Positions 44,756-55,262 of a stretch of DNA of 64,000 nt are shown piece after piece (position 1 is the first letter of the stretch; the number at the start of each line of letters is the position of its first letter). Position numbers and translations under genes: made by a program. Origin of the DNA: a virus (taxonomy: Duplodnaviria > Caudoviricetes); the IMG/VR virus record IMGVR_UViG_3300020460_000013, positions 37,322 to 101,321 of that record; one strand, 5' to 3'. The notes under the pieces are model-generated. The model did not search any database, was not told the origin of the DNA, and was given only the letters and a program-made list of their open reading frames with translations.

Positions 44756-44917
44756 TTATTCAGATTTCCAAATAGTCCATAAACCCCACGCAATCGCAAC
44801 TCCAGCTGCAATCTTAGCGAGTGGTGTCAAGAATAGAACTAATAGACCTAATGCAATACAAACTGCACCATCCCATGTAGTTCTTTCTGATATTCTATTC
44901 TTAATCCAACTAATCAT
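44756..44917 (-). CDS. 53-aa holin-like membrane protein (not in ORF track)
   Basis: MISWIKNRISERTTWDG followed by two hydrophobic segments; AAGGAG RBS. Confidence 0.65.
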   Translation of the reverse strand: MISWIKNRISERTTWDGAVCIALGLLVLFLTPLAKIAAGVAIAWGLWTIWKSE

Positions 44918-44932
44918 AATGTTCTCCTTATA

Positions 44933-45166
44933 TTATCGCTTTTGCCAAATTTCATATAGAATCCACACAGCGATTAAACCAATAATACCTTGTGAACCTA
45001 GTCCAGACATAATATTACTTATATTGGTAATCACAGACATTTCGGCAGGCATGAATGGCATTGCACCCAAACCTAACACTTCTAGAATAATTGCAAGAGC
45101 AGCGAGTGAAACACCTAGATTAGCTAGTCCACCAGCCCATTCTCTTACTTTATTTAATATTTCCAT
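44933..45166 (-). CDS. Two-TM membrane protein, holin-like
   Basis: Two hydrophobic helices; AAGGAG RBS supports start 45166. Confidence 0.6.
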   Translation of the reverse strand: MEILNKVREWAGGLANLGVSLAALAIILEVLGLGAMPFMPAEMSVITNISNIMSGLGSQGIIGLIAVWILYEIWQKR

Positions 45167-45179
45167 ATTACTTTCTCCT

Positions 45180-45632
45180 TTAGAATGATAGTTTAGGATT
45201 TGGAGTACCAAAGTTCTTTTTTCTCATAACAGTTTTTGCAACCAAATCCAATTCTTTTCCATCCCACTTTAATACAAACGGAACATTTATATCTGTTTGC
45301 ATATCGTTGAGCACAGCTTCAGCGTCAGGCCCAAGTTGTGCTATTTTCTTGCCGTGTTTTTTGTATGATTGTCTAAACATACGTATCAATTCTGCAACTG
45401 TAATTTGTGTTTTGTTGCGAATATCATTAACACGATCCAGAAAATGTCGTGTAAACTCAACATCAATACCGACAGATTTATACAATCTATCTGCATATTT
45501 TTCTACTGAGTCTAAATCTTTTTTGGATAGTTTTGCGTCAGATGTAGACGCATTTAAATCTGCGATAGGTTTAAAGTTACCCAGCGCATAGGAGTAAGAC
45601 ATCTCTTTAAGAAAATCTTTGAATGTTTTCAT
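45180..45632 (-). CDS. Probable internal head protein
   Basis: N-terminal MKTFKDFLKE; FTRHFLDRVND.RN...KT.MRK. Confidence 0.65.
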   Translation of the reverse strand: MKTFKDFLKEMSYSYALGNFKPIADLNASTSDAKLSKKDLDSVEKYADRLYKSVGIDVEFTRHFLDRVNDIRNKTQITVAELIRMFRQSYKKHGKKIAQLGPDAEAVLNDMQTDINVPFVLKWDGKELDLVAKTVMRKKNFGTPNPKLSF

Positions 45633-46144
45633 TACTTTACTTTTGAGAGTGCGAAATCAGCTATTTTCATAAACTGACCCTTACTTCCATTTACCATCCG
45701 TTTCATTTTTTCTTGATTAGATTTATTAATCAAGTCAAAAACTTTTGTAATTGCAGATGCAGTAAACATATCAACTTTCAAAGAACCATCTTTAAACTTT
45801 ATTGTTTTGTGTTGTTTATTCTTTACAATATTTTTAAGAACATCTATATTATCTTCTACAAGTAAATATTCATTTTCAAAGTTTAGAGTATTCTCTTGCA
45901 CTTTCTTTGCAAGTTTTGATTCTCTTTTTGCTCTTGAGTTTTCTATTCGTTTCAAGAAACTTTTTGCTTCTTTAGTTCTACCATCATATGGTTTCTTTTT
46001 TCTTTTGACTATAACTGTAGAAGAATCATCTCCAGTTCCAACAACAGCAGTTCCAGTTGCATTAGTTGGTGCATCTTCTGTTTGTATTCCTAATTTTGGA
46101 TCATCATAGAACTTTTTCATTATGTCATCAAAACTTAAACTCAT
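45632..46144 (-). CDS. Probable virion protein
   Basis: EDAPTN, DGRTK and VD.FTASAI motifs seen in T4-like marine virion proteins. Confidence 0.6.
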   Translation of the reverse strand: MSLSFDDIMKKFYDDPKLGIQTEDAPTNATGTAVVGTGDDSSTVIVKRKKKPYDGRTKEAKSFLKRIENSRAKRESKLAKKVQENTLNFENEYLLVEDNIDVLKNIVKNKQHKTIKFKDGSLKVDMFTASAITKVFDLINKSNQEKMKRMVNGSKGQFMKIADFALSKVK

Positions 46145-46758
46145 AATAGATCTCCTAATTGTAATTCTTTTATATCTTCTGCACTTACAAATATTTTTTG
46201 TTTCGTCTTTTTATGTATGACAGGAAAAACATCAACTCCTAGTATTGTATCAGAGGGTGAAATATCTTCAAAGGCTTCAACTTCATCACCTTCTAATGCG
46301 TCTATTTCATCTTCCTCATCTTCTCCTGTTACGATAACATCTTGTGTAAGTAAATAAATTCCTTTTGATAGTTTACCATTGTCTAATGTTACTTCTTCTG
46401 AAATATCATCATCTAAATCAATATTGTTTTCTTTTAGATACTTCATAAACTCTTTTTCAAACATCTCTGGATCTTCTATGTGTTCCTTAAAAGTATCTTT
46501 CAACAAAAATAGAGCAGCTGCATATGTACCTAACTTTGTTCTTAAACCTGGCACCTTTTGAAATATTTTCTTGATGTTAAAAACAAGTTTGTGTAAAACT
46601 GTATATGCATTTTGTTCTACAGCTTTATACAATCTTTTCTTTGTTCTAACTCCTTTTTCATCAATGATACCTAACTTAAAGGCATCTGTTTTTTCAAAAG
46701 GTGTAACCAATAGTTTAATGAATCTATAAGTTACAAATAAATCAATCGCTCTTCCCAT
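46141..46758 (-). CDS. Conserved T4-like hypothetical protein
   Basis: D.FVTYRFIKLLVTPF..T.A.KLGIID. Confidence 0.75.
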   Translation of the reverse strand: MGRAIDLFVTYRFIKLLVTPFEKTDAFKLGIIDEKGVRTKKRLYKAVEQNAYTVLHKLVFNIKKIFQKVPGLRTKLGTYAAALFLLKDTFKEHIEDPEMFEKEFMKYLKENNIDLDDDISEEVTLDNGKLSKGIYLLTQDVIVTGEDEEDEIDALEGDEVEAFEDISPSDTILGVDVFPVIHKKTKQKIFVSAEDIKELQLGDLL

Positions 46759-47120
46759 TATAGTTTCTCTAACACTTTTTTTACCTTTAGATCTTCTTCT
46801 ACTTCTTTAAGTTCATGATCAGAAATCATATTTAAAAATTTCATAAATGTTTTAAGAACACCCCAAAATTCTTTTTCAATCTTAAATAATAATAAAGTAG
46901 ACCCAGCGTCTGCACCAAAAACATTATATATGACAGTTATATGGTTTAATATAAGTCTTTCTTTTAGTTCACCAGTTTCATCATACTTTCTTAATAATCG
47001 TTTAATGTACTTGAATCGTTTCATATCATCATGAAACTCATACTCACCTTCACATTGTGGATTATCGTAATGTCTGATTGCAAACATTAAGATGTTTTCA
47101 TTCGTTAATTTTTCATACAT
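46758..47120 (-). CDS. Conserved T4-like hypothetical protein
   Basis: YDNPQC....F..D.KRFKYIKRL...LILNH. Confidence 0.75.
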   Translation of the reverse strand: MYEKLTNENILMFAIRHYDNPQCEGEYEFHDDMKRFKYIKRLLRKYDETGELKERLILNHITVIYNVFGADAGSTLLLFKIEKEFWGVLKTFMKFLNMISDHELKEVEEDLKVKKVLEKL

Positions 47121-47132
47121 AATATAATTATA

Positions 47133-47558
47133 TTAAACTATTTTAGCCTTTATAAAATGAGTTCCAGATTCTGTTTTTACATGATTAATTTCTAATGATA
47201 GTCCACCTTCTATTTTGTGTGAAATACCATCATCATCTGGACTTATATCGTCACCATTTTCTTCTTTACCAGACCTAGCGTATTGTGAAATTGGTAAAGA
47301 TATTTTACCACCACCTTCTGACAAGTCAACATCACCAAATGAAATATGTAATCTCGCAAGTCTTTCTCTTAACTTATTGATAGCGTGTTCTGCAACTAAA
47401 TGTTCCATACTACCCATCACACCAAGAAATGCATTAATTCTTTCAATGACTTCTGGATTAGCTAGGTTACCCATACCATAAGAGAAATCACTATCTGCGC
47501 TCACTTGACCTTCAGTTGTCTTAGATCCTTCAGAAATGTATTGATTAAATCTTTTCAT
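47133..47558 (-). CDS. Probable internal head protein
   Basis: Start revised to MKRFNQYISE (GAGG RBS). Confidence 0.6.
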   Translation of the reverse strand: MKRFNQYISEGSKTTEGQVSADSDFSYGMGNLANPEVIERINAFLGVMGSMEHLVAEHAINKLRERLARLHISFGDVDLSEGGGKISLPISQYARSGKEENGDDISPDDDGISHKIEGGLSLEINHVKTESGTHFIKAKIV

Positions 47559-47559
47559 T

Positions 47560-47775
47560 TTAATCTTCCTCTTCATTATGCTCGTGTGGTTTATCACCAC
47601 CTTTATGTGAATGTTCTACACCATTATCATGTGTATGTAACATTGGATCTTTTTTTCTATGAAGTCTTACAACATTAGGATTTTCCTGTAATATTTCCTG
47701 TAGAACTTCAGAACTTTCAGATACAGGTTTACCATTTGCACCATATCTGATAGGATCTATTGGAGATTTTTTCAT
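47560..47775 (-). CDS. Small protein with His-rich tail
   Basis: HTHDNGVEHSHKGGDKPHEH. Confidence 0.6.
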   Translation of the reverse strand: MKKSPIDPIRYGANGKPVSESSEVLQEILQENPNVVRLHRKKDPMLHTHDNGVEHSHKGGDKPHEHNEEED

Positions 47776-47784
47776 GACTTACTC

Positions 47785-48246
47785 CTATGATAATGTTGCG
47801 CCAAAATTTGACACAATGTACCACTTGTCTGTAACCCAAACACAAACAATAGCTTCTCCTTCTGCATCAAATACTGCTTGATTATTACTAGCAAGTGCAG
47901 AAGTAATTGTCAAAGTATATGTTTTACTACCAGAATGTGCTTTACATATAATAACTTTTACTTGTCCATTGTTTGTACCATTTGCAAGTGTACCAGTTAT
48001 ATTACCAGACGCAGTAGCCAAATCAATTAAAGTAATTGAATTTGTTACATCTGGATTTGCAGTAGTAGTAATATCTGCTTGTATTCCACCTAGTGTAATA
48101 AATGTAGGTATGTTATTAAAAAGATTTGCAATTGTCATCTTTTTATTAATTGGATTACCAGAGGGATCATCTATTACGTGCAGTAAATCTGCACCAGCAA
48201 TAGTTGAACCGATATCTGTTAACGCAGTTATTTTCTTATCAGCCAT
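47785..48246 (-). CDS. Probable virion structural protein
   Basis: MADKKITALT N-terminus; beta-rich. Confidence 0.65.
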   Translation of the reverse strand: MADKKITALTDIGSTIAGADLLHVIDDPSGNPINKKMTIANLFNNIPTFITLGGIQADITTTANPDVTNSITLIDLATASGNITGTLANGTNNGQVKVIICKAHSGSKTYTLTITSALASNNQAVFDAEGEAIVCVWVTDKWYIVSNFGATLS

Positions 48247-48270
48247 TTTTATCTCCTATATTTTAAACCC

Positions 48271-48525
48271 TCAACTCAATGCAGTAGTTACTGCACTATC
48301 GTCTTGCGAGGGAATGCTACTGACGTTATTCGCCCCACTTAATTGTTCAATAAACGAGTCACATTGTTGTATTGCACCATTGAGTGCATTATGTTGAGCC
48401 GTTAACTGAATCTTCATTCTTTCTGTTTGTTCCAACTGTTTCTGAACTTGTTTCATATCAGTTTGTAACATTTCTTTTCTTTTTTCAATATCATCAACAC
48501 TTAAAGTGTTACCATTTTTTTTCAT
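48271..48525 (-). CDS. Small coiled-coil protein
   Basis: Heptad repeats; AL.GAIQQ. Confidence 0.65.
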   Translation of the reverse strand: MKKNGNTLSVDDIEKRKEMLQTDMKQVQKQLEQTERMKIQLTAQHNALNGAIQQCDSFIEQLSGANNVSSIPSQDDSAVTTALS

Positions 48526-48544
48526 GATTATCCTTAATTATTTA

Positions 48545-49096
48545 TTATGCAACTGTTATAGTCTTAGTTGAACCTCTACCGCCTGCACCGATAACATCAC
48601 CAGCAGCGAATACTTTATCAGAAGCAACATTTGTGCCTGCATCTTTAATAGTTCCAGAAATTGTCTGAGCACCAATCGAAAGATTAGTTGCCGCATTAGG
48701 AACTGTAAATGTAAATACTACACGATTTGTACCTGTTTGTGCAGCTGCAGTTGCTGTCGGATTTGATTGTCCAGATGCTGTAACAGTTAGAGTTGCACCA
48801 TTAGTAACGTCAACAAGTTCGTTGTATACAACAATAACTGAACCAGTAGCAGCTCTTGCATATGTTTTCTTGTCAAAATGAACAGAGGTAATTGTTGCAT
48901 CAGATAATGCAGTAGGAAGTCCACTTAATGCACAAAGAATCTCATCATAATGTGTTGATTTATCAGCGTTTGTATAATGACGCATAACCCATCCTTGATC
49001 CGTTGCAAAGACGTTTTGTTTATCTGCTGTTTTATTTCCATCAGTAGTCCACTTTGGTTTGGACTCATCAGAACTTGAATTTCCCCATAGGGCCAT
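48545..49096 (-). CDS. Probable virion structural (Ig-like) protein
   Basis: MALWG...KPKW...GWV; Thr/Ala-rich; GATAAATA upstream. Confidence 0.65.
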   Translation of the reverse strand: MALWGNSSSDESKPKWTTDGNKTADKQNVFATDQGWVMRHYTNADKSTHYDEILCALSGLPTALSDATITSVHFDKKTYARAATGSVIVVYNELVDVTNGATLTVTASGQSNPTATAAAQTGTNRVVFTFTVPNAATNLSIGAQTISGTIKDAGTNVASDKVFAAGDVIGAGGRGSTKTITVA

Positions 49097-49135
49097 ATCA
49101 TTTCTCCTTCTCTAAGAATTTACTCTTCTATTTAT

Positions 49136-49597
49136 CTATTTCTCAATCTTGTCTTTTGGGGATGTTTCAACCTTAGACATTGGTTTACCTGTCATGGTCT
49201 TTTTACCATTCTTAGGTTCTTCCTCATCTTCATCATCCATTTCTTCTTCATTTTTTACCTTTGCAGACTTTTCCCACATTTTTGTGATCTCATTTGCAGC
49301 CATTTGAACTAATGTTTGATTTTGTTCTTTAACTGCTTTTGATATTGCTTTACGTCTTTTATGTAAGTATTTGTCTGAAGAATCTACATCACCATCATTA
49401 TCAATATCTTTATCTTTACGATCCTTAAATTTCTTTTTAACAGCGTCTTGATTTACTGGATCTAGTTTATCTTCTTCTTTTGGTTTTTCACCTTTTTCTT
49501 TTTTAGAAATTGCGATAGCGGCTTGTTGTGCAGGCGACATTGCCTCAAGCACAGCCTGTTCTAAACTATCTTTTTTAGTTTCAAAGTACTTGGACAT
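49136..49597 (-). CDS. Probable internal head protein with an EF-hand-like loop
   Basis: DIDNDGDVDSSDKYL..RRKAI. Confidence 0.65.
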   Translation of the reverse strand: MSKYFETKKDSLEQAVLEAMSPAQQAAIAISKKEKGEKPKEEDKLDPVNQDAVKKKFKDRKDKDIDNDGDVDSSDKYLHKRRKAISKAVKEQNQTLVQMAANEITKMWEKSAKVKNEEEMDDEDEEEPKNGKKTMTGKPMSKVETSPKDKIEK

Positions 49598-51214
49598 TTA
49601 TTTCTCCTGTGCATTTAATTTATTAATTGTTTCAGTTGCTTTCGCAATCTGTAGTTGTAATTGTGCAATACGTGTTTTCTTTTTATCATCACGCATCTGA
49701 TCTACTTGTTTCGCAGTATCTGGTTTATCTGGTTCTTCTTCCTCTGCGACTCTCTTTGCAGTTGCAGTTGCAATCGCCATCTTCTTATCCATAGGCATAT
49801 TTGGATTATCTTTTTCTATAGCCTTTGCGATCTCTTCTCTTTTCTTCATTTCTGCATCTGTAAGTTTCTTTTCTTGAACCATTACTTTTGGTTTAAACTT
49901 TTTCATGACTTCTTTGTGATACTTGGTCATATCTTTATTACCAGCATCTACCATAAGTTCTCCATTACTAATATTATCATCATTTACATCAAACTTCATT
50001 AGTTGAATACCATCAAAGTATGACTTAGCAGAACTTGCATCTCTAGAATTTTTAAATTTATATTCTACATACTCAATCTTTTCTACAATTCCTTCTTTCA
50101 TTTTACCTTTTTGAACATCAACACTAGGTTCAATACCTTTGTCATTTAAATATTTCATAAACTTAACAAGGTTTGCACCCTTACCACCAAGTCTAACTTT
50201 ACCTTTAGTTTGTAAGTCTTTCATAGCTTGTGGTGCATTGTATATTGTAAGACCTAATCTTTTGGACATTTGAAGAACTGCGTTGTAAAGACCTTTTGGA
50301 TTTTTAGAATAATCCAAATCTATAACCATTGCATCTTCGATAAGTGACTCCTCATTCATTCCAAGTTGTTTTCTTAATTTTGCTATTTCTTTTTTGATTT
50401 TATCTTGCATTGGTGAATTAGAAGGTAATTTCAGTGCTCTTGTATAAAGAACTGCAAGGACTTTCATTTTATCCACATCTTTAGGATCAATGTTTAATGC
50501 TGTTGCCATTGTTACTTCATCAAGTTCAACTTCTTCTTTTACTACAGCGTGTTGTCCAGCACTTTTACCAGTACCTTTTACGTATTTACCTTTAATCTTT
50601 TTTGCATAATCTCTAGCATCTTTTTCGTTATCAAACAGATAAAACTTACTTTCATCAAGTTCAGTTTCTTCTGGTATTACTCTTAGTTTACCAGCAACAT
50701 ATAATGGGTGATTTTTCATTGCCTTCTGTGCATCTTCTTCATCATTTGAATCTACTGATACAATAAACTTACTACCCTTTTGAGATACTCTATGTCTTAT
50801 CTTACCTAATGCACTTTTAACATCAGTAACAATATCTTTCATTTTACCTTCATCAACTGTTTGTCCTGGCGTCATATTTTTTGTATGATCATCATATTCT
50901 TTTGTTCCTATCTCATATACCTCTGCCATATTGTAATACTTGCGAGCAATTGCATCTCTTTCTTTTTGATCTTTAGATTCTATTTCTCCAGCTCTTTGAT
51001 GTCTTTTATTGATATCTTGAATTTTTTTGACTTCTTTAGGAGTACCAAAAGATTGTGCAAGTTTGAGTGCAACCATTCCATGTTCGTTGTCATTTTCTAA
51101 ATCTTTAATTTCTCGTTTGGTTACTTTCTTTTTCTCTTGAAGTTCGTGTGCAGTTACTGTCCACTCTAAAACTTCTTGATATGCGTCTGTTATTGTTTTT
51201 CCATATTTTCCCAT
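49598..51214 (-). CDS. Modular Lys/Glu-rich protein, probable internal head polyprotein
   Basis: Repeated EETELDE and EEVELDE linkers between short modules. Confidence 0.65.
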   Translation of the reverse strand: MGKYGKTITDAYQEVLEWTVTAHELQEKKKVTKREIKDLENDNEHGMVALKLAQSFGTPKEVKKIQDINKRHQRAGEIESKDQKERDAIARKYYNMAEVYEIGTKEYDDHTKNMTPGQTVDEGKMKDIVTDVKSALGKIRHRVSQKGSKFIVSVDSNDEEDAQKAMKNHPLYVAGKLRVIPEETELDESKFYLFDNEKDARDYAKKIKGKYVKGTGKSAGQHAVVKEEVELDEVTMATALNIDPKDVDKMKVLAVLYTRALKLPSNSPMQDKIKKEIAKLRKQLGMNEESLIEDAMVIDLDYSKNPKGLYNAVLQMSKRLGLTIYNAPQAMKDLQTKGKVRLGGKGANLVKFMKYLNDKGIEPSVDVQKGKMKEGIVEKIEYVEYKFKNSRDASSAKSYFDGIQLMKFDVNDDNISNGELMVDAGNKDMTKYHKEVMKKFKPKVMVQEKKLTDAEMKKREEIAKAIEKDNPNMPMDKKMAIATATAKRVAEEEEPDKPDTAKQVDQMRDDKKKTRIAQLQLQIAKATETINKLNAQEK

Positions 51215-51231
51215 TTTATTTTCCTTTAATT

Positions 51232-54200
51232 TTAGAATGGAGTGAATTTTGTTGCAATCGCATCATCATTAACAGTAATCAAATAATTAGATGTGCTCTC
51301 ATCATTAATGACATTACTATCATTACAAGTCAATAGTTTTGTATTTGATACAGCAGTTAATCCACTAGTTGGTACAGTAAAATACTCAACAAATGGTTTT
51401 TGTGTAGAAGCAATTGCATTAGTTACATCAATTGAATGATTAATTGAACTTGCATCAGTAATACTACCACTACTATTTTGACAAGTTAATAATTTTGTAT
51501 TTGTTATTGCAGTTAATGGAGCATTTTGTGGTGTAAAATTAGAAGTATAAACAGCTGTTCCAACTACTAATCTAAGATTTGAAATATAACCATCAAAAAC
51601 AGCTGAATTAGTAATATGTTTTCCTATAAAAGCTGTATTTCCTGTATAATTATTAGTATCACTATATGTTTCATTATCTTCTACGCCATCAAGATATACC
51701 TTTGTAGTACCAGAACTTCTAACAATAGCATAATGATGCCAACTACCAGTAGATATTGTATCACAAGTAATTCTGTAACCACTGTTTGCATATACTCTAA
51801 GATTACCAGATGTATTAAAATTTACCATCAAACCAGCTGCATGATTTTCTCTTGTATCGTACACAACACAAGGACTAGGAATAGCATCTAGATTAACCCA
51901 AAATTCTAATGTAAAATCATTAGTTCCAATAACTAAATCATTGGATGTGCCTGTGCTTGGAACTTTTAAAGAATGTCCAGCATCAAAAACAGTTGAACCG
52001 CCAGTTGGTGCTGAATTAATCGTGTAAGGAAGAGAGCCTGCAACCAATCTAAAATTTGAAATATAACCCTTGAAAGGTTTTTGAAAAGCACTACTATACC
52101 ACCTACCACCAATAATTGATGTTTTTTCACCAAAATCAAATGCAGTGCTTTTTGATCCAGTATTTGATTCTGGAATACCATTAATATATAGTTTTTGTGT
52201 ATTACTAGAATCAATATTTGTAAAAGCTATATGATACCATTGATTTGGTGAAAGTGATGAATTACTTTCAAAAACAACTGCCTGATCATTTTCTACTAAT
52301 TTTATTTTACCATCAGTATAAGTCATTATCGCTAAGGCCGCAGTATTTTTACCAAACTGACATACTCCATTAAAGGCAGATATTCTATCAAGATATATCC
52401 AAAATTCTATCGTCCAATCAGAAGTTCCCACATCATATGAATTAAGTATAGATAAGTAATCTCCACTACCATCAAAATATACAGATCCGCCTTCGCCTGC
52501 TAAAAATGGAGTTACATAATCCCATTTCGTATCTCCATAAGGTGTTAATACATGAACTGATGAACTTGCATCAGTGGGTAATATTGGAACACCATAAGCA
52601 TTTGCAGATGCACCATTATTTGCTGAGATTGAATAACCATTAGAACTTGCATCAGTAATTGTACCAGTACTGTTTTGACAAGTTAATAATATAGTATTTG
52701 AATCACTTGTAAAAGCTGCAATAGGTCGAGCAAAATCTGCACTATATCTTGCTGTACTTGAAATTCTTAGATTAGATATATATCCATCCATACGTTCATT
52801 ACCATCAGAGTTCATACCGATAGTAATTAAACTTGCTGAAGGAGTTGCGGCCATATTTGTTGCTGAATTATTATTATTCCCTGCTACATTCTTTCCATCT
52901 ATATACATACGAAAATTTTGACCTTCTTTAACCCAAGCCAAATGAACCCATCTATTATAAATTATATCGTGAGCTGCATTATTCGTAAATAAATCACTAG
53001 TAGCAGAACTATAAACGTACATTGCATTAAGTCCACTAGTAGTTTTTCTTCTACCAAATATTATTCGTGTACCTGTGTTAAATTCTACAATATTTTGTTC
53101 ATCACTAGGTGACTCAACATCAAAAAATGCCCATGCTTCAACAGTAAAATTTGCAAGAGAATTAATAATATTGGTTGAAGAAATTTGAAGATTGTCATTA
53201 GTTCCATCAAATCGAGTTGAACCAGTAGTTATATCAGTTCCATTTTTTTCTGTAAATGCTAAAAGTTTAGTATTTGTTATAGCAGTTAATGGAGCCTCTG
53301 GTACAGTAAAATAATCGGTAAATGGTTTTGATGTATGTGCAGCTACATTACCGCCTGCTGCTATAGAAAAATTATTAGAACTTGCATCAGTAATACTACC
53401 AGTACTATTTTGACAAGTTAGTAGTTGTGTTCCAGATATGGCAGTTAATGGTATACTAGATGGAATAAAACTAGAAGTGTAAACAGCAGTTCCTTTTACA
53501 ATTCTAAGATTTGAAATGTAACCATTATAATCACCTCCATCACCTCTATAACCAATAACTGGTGTAGGTGATCCAGAATTTGGAGAATAATCTTGCGTAT
53601 TAACAGCACTATATTTTTCATTGCCATCTAAGAAAATTTTGAAAGTGCCTGATGATCTAACAGCTGCTAGATGATGCCATCCACTTCTAATATCTGTATC
53701 TAAATATCCTATCATAGTGTTTGAATAAAAAAAGACAGAACCATTAACTCTATAACCATTATCTACAGCAAATTGAATATTATCTACTGCATTACCAACA
53801 TCATCTAAACAAAAAATTCTTCTATTTGAACCACCATTAGAATCTAAACTTGAGTCAGTAAAATAAACCCACATCTCAATAGTAAAATCACCTGTTCCAA
53901 GTGCAAAATTAGAAGATGGAGCAACAGTAAGGTGATCATCAACTCCATCAAAAATTGTTGAACCGCCAGATGCTGTAGTAAGTGTGTAAACACTAGACCC
54001 TTTTACAACTCTAACATTAGACATATATCCAGTTACTGCTCTATCAGTGGCATAAACGTCAGTACCAAGATATCCATCCCAAGACGAAGCATCAACTGTG
54101 CCACTATAAGAAGCAGAACCTTTTACAGAACCATTAACTAAAAGATTTATAGTATTACCAACCCTTTGTAAAGAGATATGATTCCAGTGATCTGGTGAAA

Positions 54201-55233
54201 GTGCTTCTTGAGCAGAAATTTCAAATTGATCTGTTCCACCTACCATATATAATGCTTCTAAATCATAATCACTATCAGAAGCACTTGTTGATGCAGACCC
54301 TTGAAATAATCTTAATACATTTGAACTATCATCTGGTGACCATTCAATCCAAGACCCTCTTTTATCAGATGCAGATGAATCAGGCCATACCCATGCTTCA
54401 ATAGTAAAATCTCCAGTACCAAAATTAAAATCTGAACTAGCAGGAAAAAGAACATAATCTCCAGTTCCATCAAATTTCCATGATCCAGACACCTCAAATG
54501 CTAGTGTGAATGAAGATGCACTAGAGTTTGCAGTATTGATGCCATCAGTTACAGAAAAGGTAATCGCAAATGTACCAGCATGAGCATTATTTGTACTAGG
54601 TGTTACTCTAAAGAATCTATTGTTACTAAGAGTGTTAGCAGCCAATGCACTATAAGTTCCACCAGATGTTGCACTATTTGTTACAGTTGCAGTACTTCCA
54701 AGAGAACCAGTTGTAACTTGGTATTTGTACTGTAATGCAATACCCTCTGGATCTGATGCAACGATTTCTATCGTAACTGGAGTTCCATCAGTTGCAAAAC
54801 CATAAGTTGCAGCTCCAGCAGATGAAATCGTTGGATTCGCATTTGTAATTGTTGCTATCTTATACCAACCAGAACCATTGTAAATCATAAGATTATTCGT
54901 TGATGTTACTAACACTGTATCACCAGCATTATTACCAGTGATAGGTAAATCAGATGGATTAGTTACAGTACTAGAACCACCTACTGATAAATTTGTTGTT
55001 GAACTACCACCATCAGATGTAGATTGAAACTCAGCTTTTCCATCTGAACCTCTTTTAAATATAACTCTATCATTACCAGAACCAACTTGAACTTCTTCTG
55101 CAAAAATCTTTTTAAATGTCGTGCCATCTTGAGCAGTAACTTTTATGTTACCAGAATCAACAGACAATCTTGATGTTCCGATATTTACTGGATCACTTCC
55201 AGAACGAGTAGCTCTATCTCTTGATTTTCCCAT
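51232..55233 (-). CDS. LamG (ConA-like) repeat fibre/virion protein, paralog 1
   Basis: Repeated FDG..DY, DFTIE.W, W.H.A and GYISN.R motifs; TATAAATA at 55251-55258. Confidence 0.85.
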   Translation of the reverse strand: MGKSRDRATRSGSDPVNIGTSRLSVDSGNIKVTAQDGTTFKKIFAEEVQVGSGNDRVIFKRGSDGKAEFQSTSDGGSSTTNLSVGGSSTVTNPSDLPITGNNAGDTVLVTSTNNLMIYNGSGWYKIATITNANPTISSAGAATYGFATDGTPVTIEIVASDPEGIALQYKYQVTTGSLGSTATVTNSATSGGTYSALAANTLSNNRFFRVTPSTNNAHAGTFAITFSVTDGINTANSSASSFTLAFEVSGSWKFDGTGDYVLFPASSDFNFGTGDFTIEAWVWPDSSASDKRGSWIEWSPDDSSNVLRLFQGSASTSASDSDYDLEALYMVGGTDQFEISAQEALSPDHWNHISLQRVGNTINLLVNGSVKGSASYSGTVDASSWDGYLGTDVYATDRAVTGYMSNVRVVKGSSVYTLTTASGGSTIFDGVDDHLTVAPSSNFALGTGDFTIEMWVYFTDSSLDSNGGSNRRIFCLDDVGNAVDNIQFAVDNGYRVNGSVFFYSNTMIGYLDTDIRSGWHHLAAVRSSGTFKIFLDGNEKYSAVNTQDYSPNSGSPTPVIGYRGDGGDYNGYISNLRIVKGTAVYTSSFIPSSIPLTAISGTQLLTCQNSTGSITDASSNNFSIAAGGNVAAHTSKPFTDYFTVPEAPLTAITNTKLLAFTEKNGTDITTGSTRFDGTNDNLQISSTNIINSLANFTVEAWAFFDVESPSDEQNIVEFNTGTRIIFGRRKTTSGLNAMYVYSSATSDLFTNNAAHDIIYNRWVHLAWVKEGQNFRMYIDGKNVAGNNNNSATNMAATPSASLITIGMNSDGNERMDGYISNLRISSTARYSADFARPIAAFTSDSNTILLTCQNSTGTITDASSNGYSISANNGASANAYGVPILPTDASSSVHVLTPYGDTKWDYVTPFLAGEGGSVYFDGSGDYLSILNSYDVGTSDWTIEFWIYLDRISAFNGVCQFGKNTAALAIMTYTDGKIKLVENDQAVVFESNSSLSPNQWYHIAFTNIDSSNTQKLYINGIPESNTGSKSTAFDFGEKTSIIGGRWYSSAFQKPFKGYISNFRLVAGSLPYTINSAPTGGSTVFDAGHSLKVPSTGTSNDLVIGTNDFTLEFWVNLDAIPSPCVVYDTRENHAAGLMVNFNTSGNLRVYANSGYRITCDTISTGSWHHYAIVRSSGTTKVYLDGVEDNETYSDTNNYTGNTAFIGKHITNSAVFDGYISNLRLVVGTAVYTSNFTPQNAPLTAITNTKLLTCQNSSGSITDASSINHSIDVTNAIASTQKPFVEYFTVPTSGLTAVSNTKLLTCNDSNVINDESTSNYLITVNDDAIATKFTPF

Positions 55234-55262
55234 AGTTGTTCCTTTTTAAGTATTTATATCAT

